The notes: a model not told the origin generated them from the letters alone. Positions 8,274 to 17,516 are shown, numbered from the stretch's first letter. The stretch: 32,000 nucleotides of DNA from an uncultured Clostridiaceae bacterium (GCA_964563155.1 CAZLVL010000001.1:46121-78120); one strand, 5' to 3'. Program-made: numbers and translations.

Positions 8274-8759
8274 ATGAAAACCTTGCTTCTTACCGCTTTT
8301 GATGGGAAAACAAATTCATCTAGAATATTAATAAACAAGATTATTACTCCAAATAAGCTTATCCTTACAAACAGTTTCAAAAGATGCGAGAAGCAAATTA
8401 TTGAGGCTTTGGAAAATCTAAGGCCAGATATTGTGCTTATGTTTGGCCAAAAGCCAAAAACTAAACACTTACATATCGAAACCTGTGCTAGAAGGGGTGA
8501 AGAGAAACTCTGTACAAGTATGGCTTATCAAGACATTTCCGCAAACTTAAAAAAGAATGAGATAGACCACCTCTTTTCAGATAATGCAGGTAATTATTTG
8601 TGCAATCATGCCTATTTTTCAGGACTAGATTATATTAAATCAAACATGCTTGGCACTAAAATGATTTTCATTCATGTACCATCAATAAATAATTTTTCAG
8701 AAATTGATAAACTACAATTATGGCTTCAAGATTATGCAGACCACTTCAAGGATAATTAA
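8274..8759 (+). CDS. compact pyroglutamyl-peptidase I (peptidase C15)-like protein
   Basis: The start MKTLLLTAFDG resembles the Pcp N-terminus. Candidate triad: Glu in HLHIETCA, Cys in NAGNYLCNH, His in IFIHVP. At 161 aa it is shorter than the roughly 200-215 aa I expect. I prefer the ATG at 8274 over 8256. Confidence 0.55.
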   Translation: MKTLLLTAFDGKTNSSRILINKIITPNKLILTNSFKRCEKQIIEALENLRPDIVLMFGQKPKTKHLHIETCARRGEEKLCTSMAYQDISANLKKNEIDHLFSDNAGNYLCNHAYFSGLDYIKSNMLGTKMIFIHVPSINNFSEIDKLQLWLQDYADHFKDN

Positions 8760-8786
8760 AATATTTTTTTTAAAAAAAGAAAACTT

Positions 8787-10040
8787 CTATTTACCCTGTT
8801 CTTTAATCCAGGCACTAGGAGCTAGACCAGTATGCTTTTTAAAGACCTTGGAATAATGGGCAGCTGAGGAATAAGATAACATACTTGCTATTTCACTTAT
8901 TCCATATCTTTTACCACTTAGAAAAATTTGAGATTCCATAATTTTAGTTTTGTGGATATAGTCTGTAAGGCTTATTCCTACCTCCTTTTTAAATTGTCTG
9001 GAAAGATGTTCCTTGCTAATATGAAGATGATTTGCTAGGACATGTAAAGATACATTTGTGGCCAGGTTCCTTCTAATATAATTTATACAATTAATAATCA
9101 ATTCACTGTAGCCCTTTAAGGCATACTTATGTACAGCCTCTGTATAACCAAGGGCAATATCAACTAAGAGTTCTCTCAAAAGACTTTCTTTGTTTTCTTG
9201 TTCTATCCTTATAGCATTGGAATGAGACATATCATGGGCAAAAGTAGTATCCAACCCTCCTTTAATAGCAGCTCTTAAGCAAAGGGAATTTGATGTAATA
9301 GCCAAGTTTTTCATTTCTCTCAAAGGATCAGAGGGATAACGAGGAGGGAGATTCAAAAATCTTGTACCCCTTACCATTATATCTTTTACAAAATTAATAT
9401 CTCCGTTTTCTACAGCTCTTAAGAGCCTGGCCTCATAAGTATGGTTTTCTAGAACAAAGCTGTTTTCGTCAAAGGCATGCTCTATCAAAGACTGATCCAA
9501 ATTAGCCTCTTCCCAATCAAACTCCTTTATTTTAATCTTTTTGCTTTCATTCTCTTCTAGGTAATCACTAAGCACACTTAATATTTTTATTAAAGTTTCT
9601 TTGTCATAAAAAGGCACAACGCCAATAAAAACCTTTACAAGCTCAAAACTCTTTCCATCTAAGTTCAGGGTATTTGCTAAAAACCTTAACTCAACTTCAT
9701 TTATTCTTTTAGTATTAAAAGGGCCAAACAAAATAACTAAATTATCACTATTATCTTTAAAATTCCAAATTGCATAAGTCAGACCAAAGGGATCTCTTTC
9801 TAAGAAAACCTGATTTCTTTCTTCTTCTCTTCCTTCATCTTTTTCTTCATTTTTTTCTTTATCTTTTTCTATTTTCTTTTTATGCTTTTTCACTAAAGAA
9901 TTAAAATAAAAATCAGAGACCGTAGGTAAATGTAATATCTTCCAGCTTTTATCAAGTGATGTGTCGAAATGACTAATATGGAGATTAGTATTTAGTAAGG
10001 CAGATAGATTATCACACTTGCTATAGAGATTGTTTAACAT
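8787..10040 (-). CDS. AraC/XylS-family transcriptional regulator with an uncharacterised N-terminal sensor domain
   Basis: The C-terminal roughly 100 aa form the typical double HTH (LHVLANHLHISKEHLSRQFKKEVGISLTDYI and ISEIASMLSYSSAAHYSKVFKKHTGLAPSAW). The start is set at ATG 10040 (MLNNLYSKC), preceded by AAGGA; the ORF-track start at 10109 lies in promoter-like AT-rich DNA. Confidence 0.85.
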   Translation of the reverse strand: MLNNLYSKCDNLSALLNTNLHISHFDTSLDKSWKILHLPTVSDFYFNSLVKKHKKKIEKDKEKNEEKDEGREEERNQVFLERDPFGLTYAIWNFKDNSDNLVILFGPFNTKRINEVELRFLANTLNLDGKSFELVKVFIGVVPFYDKETLIKILSVLSDYLEENESKKIKIKEFDWEEANLDQSLIEHAFDENSFVLENHTYEARLLRAVENGDINFVKDIMVRGTRFLNLPPRYPSDPLREMKNLAITSNSLCLRAAIKGGLDTTFAHDMSHSNAIRIEQENKESLLRELLVDIALGYTEAVHKYALKGYSELIINCINYIRRNLATNVSLHVLANHLHISKEHLSRQFKKEVGISLTDYIHKTKIMESQIFLSGKRYGISEIASMLSYSSAAHYSKVFKKHTGLAPSAWIKEQGK

Positions 10041-10053
10041 TCCTGTGTCCTTT

Positions 10054-10087
10054 ATCAATATAATATAATTATACATCAATATAATAT
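10054..10087. promoter_or_regulatory. 13-bp perfect direct repeat ATCAATATAATAT x2 with 21-bp periodicity; candidate AraC-type operator
   Basis: Copies lie at 10054-10066 and 10075-10087. The proximal copy ends 1 nt before the weak -35 (TGAACT, 10089-10094) of the putative GH2 promoter. Confidence 0.4.
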
Positions 10088-10088
10088 A

Positions 10089-10117
10089 TGAACTTGCAAG
10101 TTTACACAAGATATAAT
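10089..10117 (+). promoter_or_regulatory. putative activator-dependent promoter of the GH2-GPH operon (weak -35 TGAACT, -10 TATAAT)
   Basis: TATAAT lies at 10112-10117. The hexamer 17 nt upstream is a poor match to -35, as expected for class II activated promoters. Confidence 0.35.
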
Positions 10118-10195
10118 AAGGGTGAGTAAAAAACTGAATATGAAAACACCTTAGGGTGTTGTAACTTGTTTCAAATTTATAAAAGGAGAAAAAAA

Positions 10196-12442
10196 GTGAG
10201 AAAAATCGTAAGTTTTAATGACAATTGGGTTTTCATTAAAGAGGACCTAGCTTTTGATAAGCTCAAAAATACTAAGGGTGAAACTGTTTCACTCCCTCAT
10301 ACTTGGAATGGAATTGATGGCCAAGATGGGAATAATGACTTTTACAGAGGAAGATGTCACTATGTAAAAAATTTCAAAAGACCAGAAGGCGAAAGAGTCT
10401 TTGTGAAGTTTCATGCAGTAAATTCATCTGCCCAAGTCTTTTTGAACGGAAAGCTTCTTGCCAGCCATGATGGAGGATATTCCATCTTTACAGTAGAGTT
10501 AACCCAAGATTTATTGGATGAAAATGAGCTGGTAGTTAGTGCAGATAATAGTGCAAATCAACATGTTTATCCACAATTTGCAGACTTTACCTTTTATGGA
10601 GGAATTTACAGAAATGTTGAATTAATATCTCTTTCAAATAGCCACTTCAGCCTAGAAGACCAAGGAAGCTCTGGAATATATATTACACCTGTAGTAGATG
10701 GCAAAAATGCAAAGGTGAAAATAGAAACACTTATTAGCAATGCTCAAGAGGGTGATTTAATAAGGGTGAGAATTTTAACTAGTGACAACGAGCTTCTTTT
10801 GGAAAAGACACAGAATGTTTCTGATAATGTTTTTAACTTCCTTCTTGAAGATGTAAGACTTTGGAACGGAAGAATAGACCCTTATTTATATAAGGTAGAA
10901 GCTGTTTTGTTTTCCAATCAAAATGAAATTGATAAGGTAGAAACAAAATTTGGTGTTAGAGAGTTTTATGTGGATCCAGATAAGGGCTTTTTCTTAAATG
11001 GGAAAAGTTATCCTCTAAGAGGGGTTTCAAGACATCAAGACAGGCTAGATGTGGGAAATGCCCTAACATATGAAGATATGGAAGAAGATATGAGGTTGAT
11101 ACATGAGATGGGAACTAACTATATCCGTCTAGCCCATTATCAGCATGATCAATATTTTTATGACCTTTGTGATGAATATGGCATGGTTGTCTGGGCTGAG
11201 ATTCCTTTTATTTCCAGATATTTACCAAAAGCAGATGCAAATGCCTTATCTCAAATGCAAGAGTTAGTAAAACAAAATTACAACCATGCCTCTATTCTTT
11301 TCTGGGGCCTATCCAATGAGATTAGTATTGGTGGGGAAGTAACTGAGGAACTTTTAGAGATACATAATAAGTTAAATGATTTTTGTCATGGCTTTGATCC
11401 TGTAAGATTAACAGTTATGGCCAGTGTTAGCATGCTTCCTTCAGACAGTCCAATAAACAATATACCTGACTTAGTTTCATATAATCACTACTTTGGTTGG
11501 TATGGTGGACATGTGGATGATAATGCAGTTTGGTTTGATAATTTCCACAAGGACCATCCAACACGCCCTCTTGGTATATCAGAATATGGCTGTGAAGCTA
11601 TATTAACTTGGCATACAAGTGACCCTAAAATGGGAGACTATTCTGAAGAGTATCAAGCCTTTTATCATGAAGAGCTTCTTAAAACCTTTGCAGACCGAGA
11701 TTACTTATGGTCTACCGCAGTGTGGAACATGTTTGACTTTGGATCTGACATGAGAAATGAAGGCGGAGTTATGGGAAGAAATAACAAGGGCCTAGTAACC
11801 ATAGATAGAAAGATTAAAAAAGACAGTTACTATATTTACAAGGCTTGGTGGTGCAAAGAACCTTTTGTTCATCTTTGTGGTAGACGCTATTATGACAGAG
11901 CTGAAAAACTTACCCAAGTTAAGGTTTATTCCAATCAAGATGAAGTTGAATTACTTGTAAATGGCAAGTCCTTAGGTAAAAAACAGGGTGCGCATATATT
12001 TACTTTTGATGTTCCCTTAAAAAGAGGTCTTAATACTATAGAGGCTAGAAGTGGTCAACTACAAGATGAGATTGAGTTAAATAGGGTTAGAAAACCTAAT
12101 CCAGATTATGAATTACCCTTTGGCGATAGTGAAATAAGTAACTGGTTTGACGAAGATGGGAAAAAGATAACCTTTGAATTCCCTGAAGGCTACCTATCAG
12201 TAAAAGACTCCATAAATGACATAATGAACAACCCAGAAGGCGCACAAGTTATTCAAGCAGCTTTAGATGCCATGGGTCAACAACTAGAAGAGTCTGATAT
12301 GAAAATACCCAAAAGCTTTATGAAAATGATTGGTTCTTTCTCCATAGAAAGACTCTTTGGTATGTCTGGAATGATGGGAACAAAGTTACCAAAAGAACTA
12401 TTGCTTGAACTTAACCAAAAACTAACAAAAATTAAAAAATAA
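10196..12442 (+). CDS. glycoside hydrolase family 2 (beta-galactosidase/beta-glucuronidase-type), cytoplasmic
   Basis: N-terminal GH2 sugar-binding features are LPHTWNG, FYRG and VFLNGKLLASHDGGYSIF. The acid/base region is FWGLSNEIS and the nucleophile region LGISEYGCEA. No signal peptide. The start is set at GTG 10196, 7 nt after AAGGAGA; the track start at 10166 is a TTG without an SD. Confidence 0.88.
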   Translation: MRKIVSFNDNWVFIKEDLAFDKLKNTKGETVSLPHTWNGIDGQDGNNDFYRGRCHYVKNFKRPEGERVFVKFHAVNSSAQVFLNGKLLASHDGGYSIFTVELTQDLLDENELVVSADNSANQHVYPQFADFTFYGGIYRNVELISLSNSHFSLEDQGSSGIYITPVVDGKNAKVKIETLISNAQEGDLIRVRILTSDNELLLEKTQNVSDNVFNFLLEDVRLWNGRIDPYLYKVEAVLFSNQNEIDKVETKFGVREFYVDPDKGFFLNGKSYPLRGVSRHQDRLDVGNALTYEDMEEDMRLIHEMGTNYIRLAHYQHDQYFYDLCDEYGMVVWAEIPFISRYLPKADANALSQMQELVKQNYNHASILFWGLSNEISIGGEVTEELLEIHNKLNDFCHGFDPVRLTVMASVSMLPSDSPINNIPDLVSYNHYFGWYGGHVDDNAVWFDNFHKDHPTRPLGISEYGCEAILTWHTSDPKMGDYSEEYQAFYHEELLKTFADRDYLWSTAVWNMFDFGSDMRNEGGVMGRNNKGLVTIDRKIKKDSYYIYKAWWCKEPFVHLCGRRYYDRAEKLTQVKVYSNQDEVELLVNGKSLGKKQGAHIFTFDVPLKRGLNTIEARSGQLQDEIELNRVRKPNPDYELPFGDSEISNWFDEDGKKITFEFPEGYLSVKDSINDIMNNPEGAQVIQAALDAMGQQLEESDMKIPKSFMKMIGSFSIERLFGMSGMMGTKLPKELLLELNQKLTKIKK

Positions 12443-12456
12443 ATTTGGAGGACAAG

Positions 12457-13908
12457 ATGAGAACAAAAGAAGCTTCTTTGAGTGAAAGAGAGTTTCCCCC
12501 CTTTGGGATGAAAGACAAGCTAGCTTATGCAGCTGGTGACTTTGGATGTAATATGTCTTTTGCCCTATCTTCTTTCTTAGCTGTTTTTTATACTCAATAC
12601 ATAGGAATAAGTGCTTCGCTTTTTGCCATACTTCTAATAATTTTAAAAGTTTGGGATGCAATCAATGACCCTATTGTTGGGGCTGTAATGGACAGCAGTA
12701 AAAAAACATATAAAAGAGGAAAGTTTAAAGCATATATTTATGCAGGATCTTATGGACTAATAATTTCTGCAGCCCTCTGCTTTATTCCCATTCCCAACGC
12801 TCCCTTAGCGATTAAGGTAATAGTCTGCATGCTAGGCTATATGGCTTGGGACTTCTTCTATACTGTTGTTAATGTACCTTATGGATCTATGGTTTCGGTT
12901 ATAACTACAGAGCCTGGAGAAAGAGCTCAACTATCTGCATGGAGAAATGTAGGAGCTTTAGTAGCTGGTATGGGAATCGGTGTAATTCTACCTATGGTAG
13001 TCTATGATGCAGACGACAATCTTCTAGGTGGAAGAATGTTCCCAATAGCCCTTATACTAGGAGTTGTAGCTTTCATTGCTTTTCAATTCCTACTAAGAGG
13101 AACTGTTGAAAGAGTAAAACCAGATGAATTATCTGAACAAGATAAACAAGAACAAACAGAGCAATTTAACTATTTTAAAACCATAAGCAACTTCCTAAAA
13201 AATAGGGGTGCTATGGGTGTTACCTTGGCAATTGTCTCATATTTTCTAGGAACTTATGGGGCACAAACCGCTATTACAGTAATGTTCCAAAGCTATTTCC
13301 ACAATGCAGGAATATCTGGCATAGTAATGGTCCTAGGCTATATCCCCATGTTTGCTGTTATGCCCTTTATAGCTAAAATAGTTAGAAAATGGGGTAAAAA
13401 AGAAGCTTCCCAGATTGCTCTTTTATTACCTATTCTTTCTGGTATCTTAATGCTTGTTGTACCAATTCCAGGAAATACCCAAGGTATGCTCTTATACTTC
13501 CTTTTCTCTCTCTTAAATGGCCTAGGCTCATCAATCTTCATGGTTTCTTCCTACGCCATGGTTGCAGATGCCATAGACTACAATGAATGGAAAACTGGCA
13601 AAAGAGAAGAAGGTACTATCTATGCTCTACACTCCTTTTTCAGAAAAGTAGCCCAAGGTATCGGACCTTCTATTGGACTTCTCATAATGGAAGCTCTTGG
13701 CTATATTGGAACCTTAGGAGCTAATCAATCAGCCCAAACAGCCTTGAATATGCGTTACATGGTAGCAGCTATGTCCTTGTTTAGTGCAATAATGGCTTGG
13801 GCTTGTATAAAGTTTATCTTTAATATTGATAAAGCCACCTTGAGTGAAATGGAAGAAGCTCTAGGTCGTAGTAATTTTGAATTAGTTGGAAAGCAAATGG
13901 AAGACTAA
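12457..13908 (+). CDS. glycoside-pentoside-hexuronide (GPH):cation symporter, MFS superfamily
   Basis: About 12 TM segments and the GPH signature around KVWDAINDPIVGAVMD. The start is ATG 12457 after GGAGGA. It lies 14 nt downstream of GH2, so it is probably co-transcribed. Confidence 0.88.
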   Translation: MRTKEASLSEREFPPFGMKDKLAYAAGDFGCNMSFALSSFLAVFYTQYIGISASLFAILLIILKVWDAINDPIVGAVMDSSKKTYKRGKFKAYIYAGSYGLIISAALCFIPIPNAPLAIKVIVCMLGYMAWDFFYTVVNVPYGSMVSVITTEPGERAQLSAWRNVGALVAGMGIGVILPMVVYDADDNLLGGRMFPIALILGVVAFIAFQFLLRGTVERVKPDELSEQDKQEQTEQFNYFKTISNFLKNRGAMGVTLAIVSYFLGTYGAQTAITVMFQSYFHNAGISGIVMVLGYIPMFAVMPFIAKIVRKWGKKEASQIALLLPILSGILMLVVPIPGNTQGMLLYFLFSLLNGLGSSIFMVSSYAMVADAIDYNEWKTGKREEGTIYALHSFFRKVAQGIGPSIGLLIMEALGYIGTLGANQSAQTALNMRYMVAAMSLFSAIMAWACIKFIFNIDKATLSEMEEALGRSNFELVGKQMED

Positions 13909-13931
13909 GAAATTTCCCTATACCCTATTTA

Positions 13932-13990
13932 AAATACCTCCACAGTAGAACCCCAAAGAATGTATATCTACTTGGAGGTATTTCATTTTA
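13932..13990 (+). terminator. long imperfect hairpin plus short T-tract downstream of the GPH transporter
   Basis: AAATACCTCCA(c)AGTAGA pairs with TCTACT(t)TGGAGGTATTT around a 17-nt loop, followed by CATTTTA. Confidence 0.5.
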
Positions 13991-14142
13991 CTTAAAGCCC
14001 AAGAAGATATTTTATATCTATATTTCTTGTCCTTTATACCTTGAGTAAGTATACTTAAAGCATATTGGATATAGAAGTATTATAGAGCATACATAAAGCA
14101 TATAAATATAATAGGAGATTTCCCAAGAAGAAGGTCAAGATA

Positions 14143-15171
14143 ATGAATGGTAGACAAAGAGTTAAAAATGCCTTGGATTTTAAAAAAGTGGATAAGGTTC
14201 CCTTAGAATATTACTACACACCTGTGGGCTATTATGAACACGGTGAAAAACTAAATGACCTCTTTGCAAGCTTACCTGGAGACTTTCAAGCCTTTGAAAG
14301 AAAACCTATTCCAATTATTACTAAAGAACAGACAGATAAAGATGGTAACTATCATGAATTTAAACAAGACCCTTGGCAAACCGTCTGGGAGTATAGGATT
14401 TATGGCATTGCAGGCATCCCTAAAAAGTATCCCTTAGAAGATCTTTCTCAAGTATATAACTACAAAGCACCTGACATTCCTTTAATCGGGACAGCTGATT
14501 TTTTTGAAACAAAAAAGGCTTTTGATAAACATAAGGAAAACTACTATTTAACAAAATCAGCAGGCAGTCTTTTAGAAAGAATGATTGCCCTTAGTCCAGA
14601 TGAAAACATATATTGTGAGCTAATAGAGGGAAGTAAAGAGATTAATGTATTAGCAGATTTAATAACTGAAAATATATCAAAAAGGGTTGAGTATCTTTTG
14701 GCTTTGGATGTAGATGGTATTTCCTTTGGAGATGATTATGGTTCAGAAAGCACTCTGCTTTTAAGTCCTGAATTATGGAGAAGTTTTTTTAAGCCACGTT
14801 GGAAGTATTTATTTGACCCCATTCTAAAAGCAGGTAAATATATACACTTTCATAGTTGTGGCTATGTCCTACCTATTTTAGAAGATTTAAGAGAACTTGG
14901 TATTTCTTCCATTTGGCCTCAATTGCCTGCATATAATATGGAAGCTTTTGCAAAGTATTGTAAATCCATAGGCCTAGCTGTGGTAATACATACAGATAGG
15001 GCAAACACTATGACCTTTGGTAGCCCTCAAGATGTCAAAGATTTGGTAAAAAGAGAATATGAAGTTTTTGATATGCACCAAGGAGGCTCCTGGTTCTATG
15101 TGGAAGCTGACAATGGCTTTCCCTTTGAAAACCTAGAAGCCTTGGTTGAAGCTATATCTAAATATAGGTAA
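14143..15171 (+). CDS. uroporphyrinogen decarboxylase (URO-D) superfamily protein, MT2/MtaA-like, paralog 1
   Basis: 342 aa. The N-terminus RQRVKNALDFKKVDKVP resembles the URO-D family start. It has DDYGSE and an HSCG motif in IHFHSCGYV. Confidence 0.75.
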   Translation: MNGRQRVKNALDFKKVDKVPLEYYYTPVGYYEHGEKLNDLFASLPGDFQAFERKPIPIITKEQTDKDGNYHEFKQDPWQTVWEYRIYGIAGIPKKYPLEDLSQVYNYKAPDIPLIGTADFFETKKAFDKHKENYYLTKSAGSLLERMIALSPDENIYCELIEGSKEINVLADLITENISKRVEYLLALDVDGISFGDDYGSESTLLLSPELWRSFFKPRWKYLFDPILKAGKYIHFHSCGYVLPILEDLRELGISSIWPQLPAYNMEAFAKYCKSIGLAVVIHTDRANTMTFGSPQDVKDLVKREYEVFDMHQGGSWFYVEADNGFPFENLEALVEAISKYR

Positions 15172-15172
15172 A

Positions 15173-17476
15173 TTACTTTTTAATCCTTCTTATTCCTACA
15201 AGTCCCTTACAACTTGTATTCTTGTCTATAGGTCCAGCTAAGGTTATCTTTAAAATCTTGTTAGATGATTTATCCTTCTCATTTAAGTCTAAAATCACCT
15301 CATACCAAGGATTATGTATATTAATCCTTTTTATTGGCTTATCCAAGTCATAGGTAATGTGGCTAATAACCTTTTGTCCCTCAAGCACAGCAAGATCCAC
15401 TAAATCAGTTCCTACTGCACTATCTAAATAATCTAAACACAGGTGGCATCTTTTGCTACCTTTTAAGAAATCTTCTAGGTCATAGGTTAAAGTGGCCAAA
15501 CCACTTTCATCAAAGTCAGCGCTTGTCCAAGAACCTAAAGCCTTGTAACTTATATGGTCCTTTTTTTCGTAGTTTAACTTTAACTTTACTAGTACTTCTT
15601 CCATAAAGTCTGCTATTCGCAAACACACTGTAGCTGTGTCAATGCTTCTTGTAGAAAAATGTAAATTCGCAGAATCTGTTTTGGCATCTGCATTTCTTTC
15701 TTCTACAGTCACTTTCCATAACAAAATTGTCTTGTATGCTTTTAAGGCATTATCTCTCATTTTTTCATACATTAAAACTAGTTGTTTTTCTTTTTCTTGG
15801 TCTCTTTTTTCCAACTTCAAGAGAGTAAAGAATTTCTGATAGGCCCCAGCGCAGCGAAGCATATACTTAATACTCCTGCTTTCATATTCATATAAGGGAT
15901 CACTTAAAAGCTTTGCTTCTTTTACAGCCTTTTCTGTTCTTCTAATATATTTTTCTATACTAACAATGGACCTTCTGGTATAGTCGGTAAATCTAAAATC
16001 TTCACTATCAAAATCAGTCTTCATAATAACTGGATAATTGAATATTTGACTAACAACAAATCTATTGTCTGCTAAAATCCAGGCTGATTCCATATTCAAA
16101 AGACACCAAGATGAAAAAACCTCGGGGTCTAAATTATTTCTATAGGCATAGGCCTGGCAAAAGGCTTCAATATCTCTCCCTTTATTATTCCATAGCCATT
16201 CAGCCATAGCTGCAATGTTGAATCTATGATAAATATTGGAAGGAACTGCATACCCCACCACCTTATCCAAGCCTTTTTCCACAAACTCATCGCATCTGTA
16301 TTTTATGAAGTCTGGTCCAGTCCAGGGAAAAACACAACGCCAACCATGGGTTATTTGAGGATATACCCCTAGTTTTCCCCCTTTTTCAATAAAGGGAAGC
16401 AGATCTTCATAAATCATAGGTTTTTTATCTGAGATATATGTTCTACTACCATGGTAGTACAAAACACCAATATCCTTGGGTACCAACTCTAATATTTCTT
16501 TGTTTACTGAATAACTTCCTTGAGTTAGCAAAATCTCACTATTTATATGGGGAAACTCTTCCTTTAGCCTTTTAAATAAATCTACAAGCATCTTGGTTTC
16601 TAATAAGAATGGCTCTTGCCCCTTACACTTAGAACAAATACAGGGCTCAACAGCCTCTGATAACCAGACCATTACATTATTCACTCCTTGAATGCTGGCT
16701 AAATCCTTCATCCAAGTATATACCAAGTCATGGGTATGAACTGATGACATACATAAGCCTGGCTTGTAGTCATTTCTTTGGGCTGATTCTTGTGTAGGAA
16801 CATTTTTTATTTTATCAATAATTTCCTTGTCTTTAACATCATCCAAATGCAACCCTATTATTCCCTCAAAATGAGGAATATATGCTGATAGGGATACCCC
16901 TTCACTTATACAATTATTTATAACATCTGCATCCTTTAAAAATGCATGAACTATTCCATCCTCTCTTGTTTCAAAGCTGGCAGTATAGTCTAGGCTATTT
17001 AGTTTATACAAGGATGTGTTTTCAATATCATACATGGAGTTGCCACCCCATTGGCCTCTATAGGGCATATCAGGATAATCATAGACAAAAAGAAGAGGAA
17101 TTAAAAAAGCATCTTCTTGTTTTTCAACAGCCTGTAATAGGGTGCGGACTCCATTTAAAAGACCTATGGATGTAAGTGCACTTATATTCAAACAATTCTC
17201 AAACCATATGGCATAGGCTTGGTCAGGATTTTTAAAAGTCTTTAGTCTTCTTTCTATTTTTTCTTCTGGAATAGCTACTTTAATTTTAAAAGATCCATTA
17301 CTTGAGTTGCCGAAAAAATCTCTCAATTTACTTTCTGCATTTTTTGAATGTGGATCTTTAGAAAAAGTAAAATCAATCTCTACTTCACCTAGCAAAACTC
17401 TTCTTTCTTCATTGCAAAAAACTTCCTTAGGTAAAGGAATAAGTCTTTGTGATACTTGTTTTGTAAGTTTACCCAT
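15173..17476 (-). CDS. putative glycoside hydrolase with a GH20b-type N-terminal domain (GH20/GH84/DUF4838-like), cytoplasmic
   Basis: The N-terminal pattern is LIPLPKEV, then AYAIWFENCLNISALTSIGLLNGVRTLLQ, then YDYPDMPYRGQWGG, which resembles the domain-2/catalytic-barrel junction of hexosaminidase-like enzymes. A CxCxxC cluster (EPCICSKCKG) is present. No signal peptide. The start is set at ATG 17476 after AAGGGGGATGA. Confidence 0.55.
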   Translation of the reverse strand: MGKLTKQVSQRLIPLPKEVFCNEERRVLLGEVEIDFTFSKDPHSKNAESKLRDFFGNSSNGSFKIKVAIPEEKIERRLKTFKNPDQAYAIWFENCLNISALTSIGLLNGVRTLLQAVEKQEDAFLIPLLFVYDYPDMPYRGQWGGNSMYDIENTSLYKLNSLDYTASFETREDGIVHAFLKDADVINNCISEGVSLSAYIPHFEGIIGLHLDDVKDKEIIDKIKNVPTQESAQRNDYKPGLCMSSVHTHDLVYTWMKDLASIQGVNNVMVWLSEAVEPCICSKCKGQEPFLLETKMLVDLFKRLKEEFPHINSEILLTQGSYSVNKEILELVPKDIGVLYYHGSRTYISDKKPMIYEDLLPFIEKGGKLGVYPQITHGWRCVFPWTGPDFIKYRCDEFVEKGLDKVVGYAVPSNIYHRFNIAAMAEWLWNNKGRDIEAFCQAYAYRNNLDPEVFSSWCLLNMESAWILADNRFVVSQIFNYPVIMKTDFDSEDFRFTDYTRRSIVSIEKYIRRTEKAVKEAKLLSDPLYEYESRSIKYMLRCAGAYQKFFTLLKLEKRDQEKEKQLVLMYEKMRDNALKAYKTILLWKVTVEERNADAKTDSANLHFSTRSIDTATVCLRIADFMEEVLVKLKLNYEKKDHISYKALGSWTSADFDESGLATLTYDLEDFLKGSKRCHLCLDYLDSAVGTDLVDLAVLEGQKVISHITYDLDKPIKRINIHNPWYEVILDLNEKDKSSNKILKITLAGPIDKNTSCKGLVGIRRIKK

Positions 17477-17516
17477 ATAAATCATCCCCCTTTTCATTGT
17501 AGATTTTAACATAAAT

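Noticed and set aside
10146-10162. AACACC-TTAG-GGTGTT hairpin or cre-like site in the GH2 leader
   Set aside because: It does not fit the cre consensus, lacking the central CG and the TGxAA half-sites. The stem is only 6 bp.
14041-14142. AAAGCATAT direct repeats (about 14055 and 14093) upstream of URO-D paralog 1 as a second AraC site
   Set aside because: They are short, AT-rich, spaced 38 bp apart rather than in helical phase at 21 bp, and unlike the 13-mer at 10054-10087.
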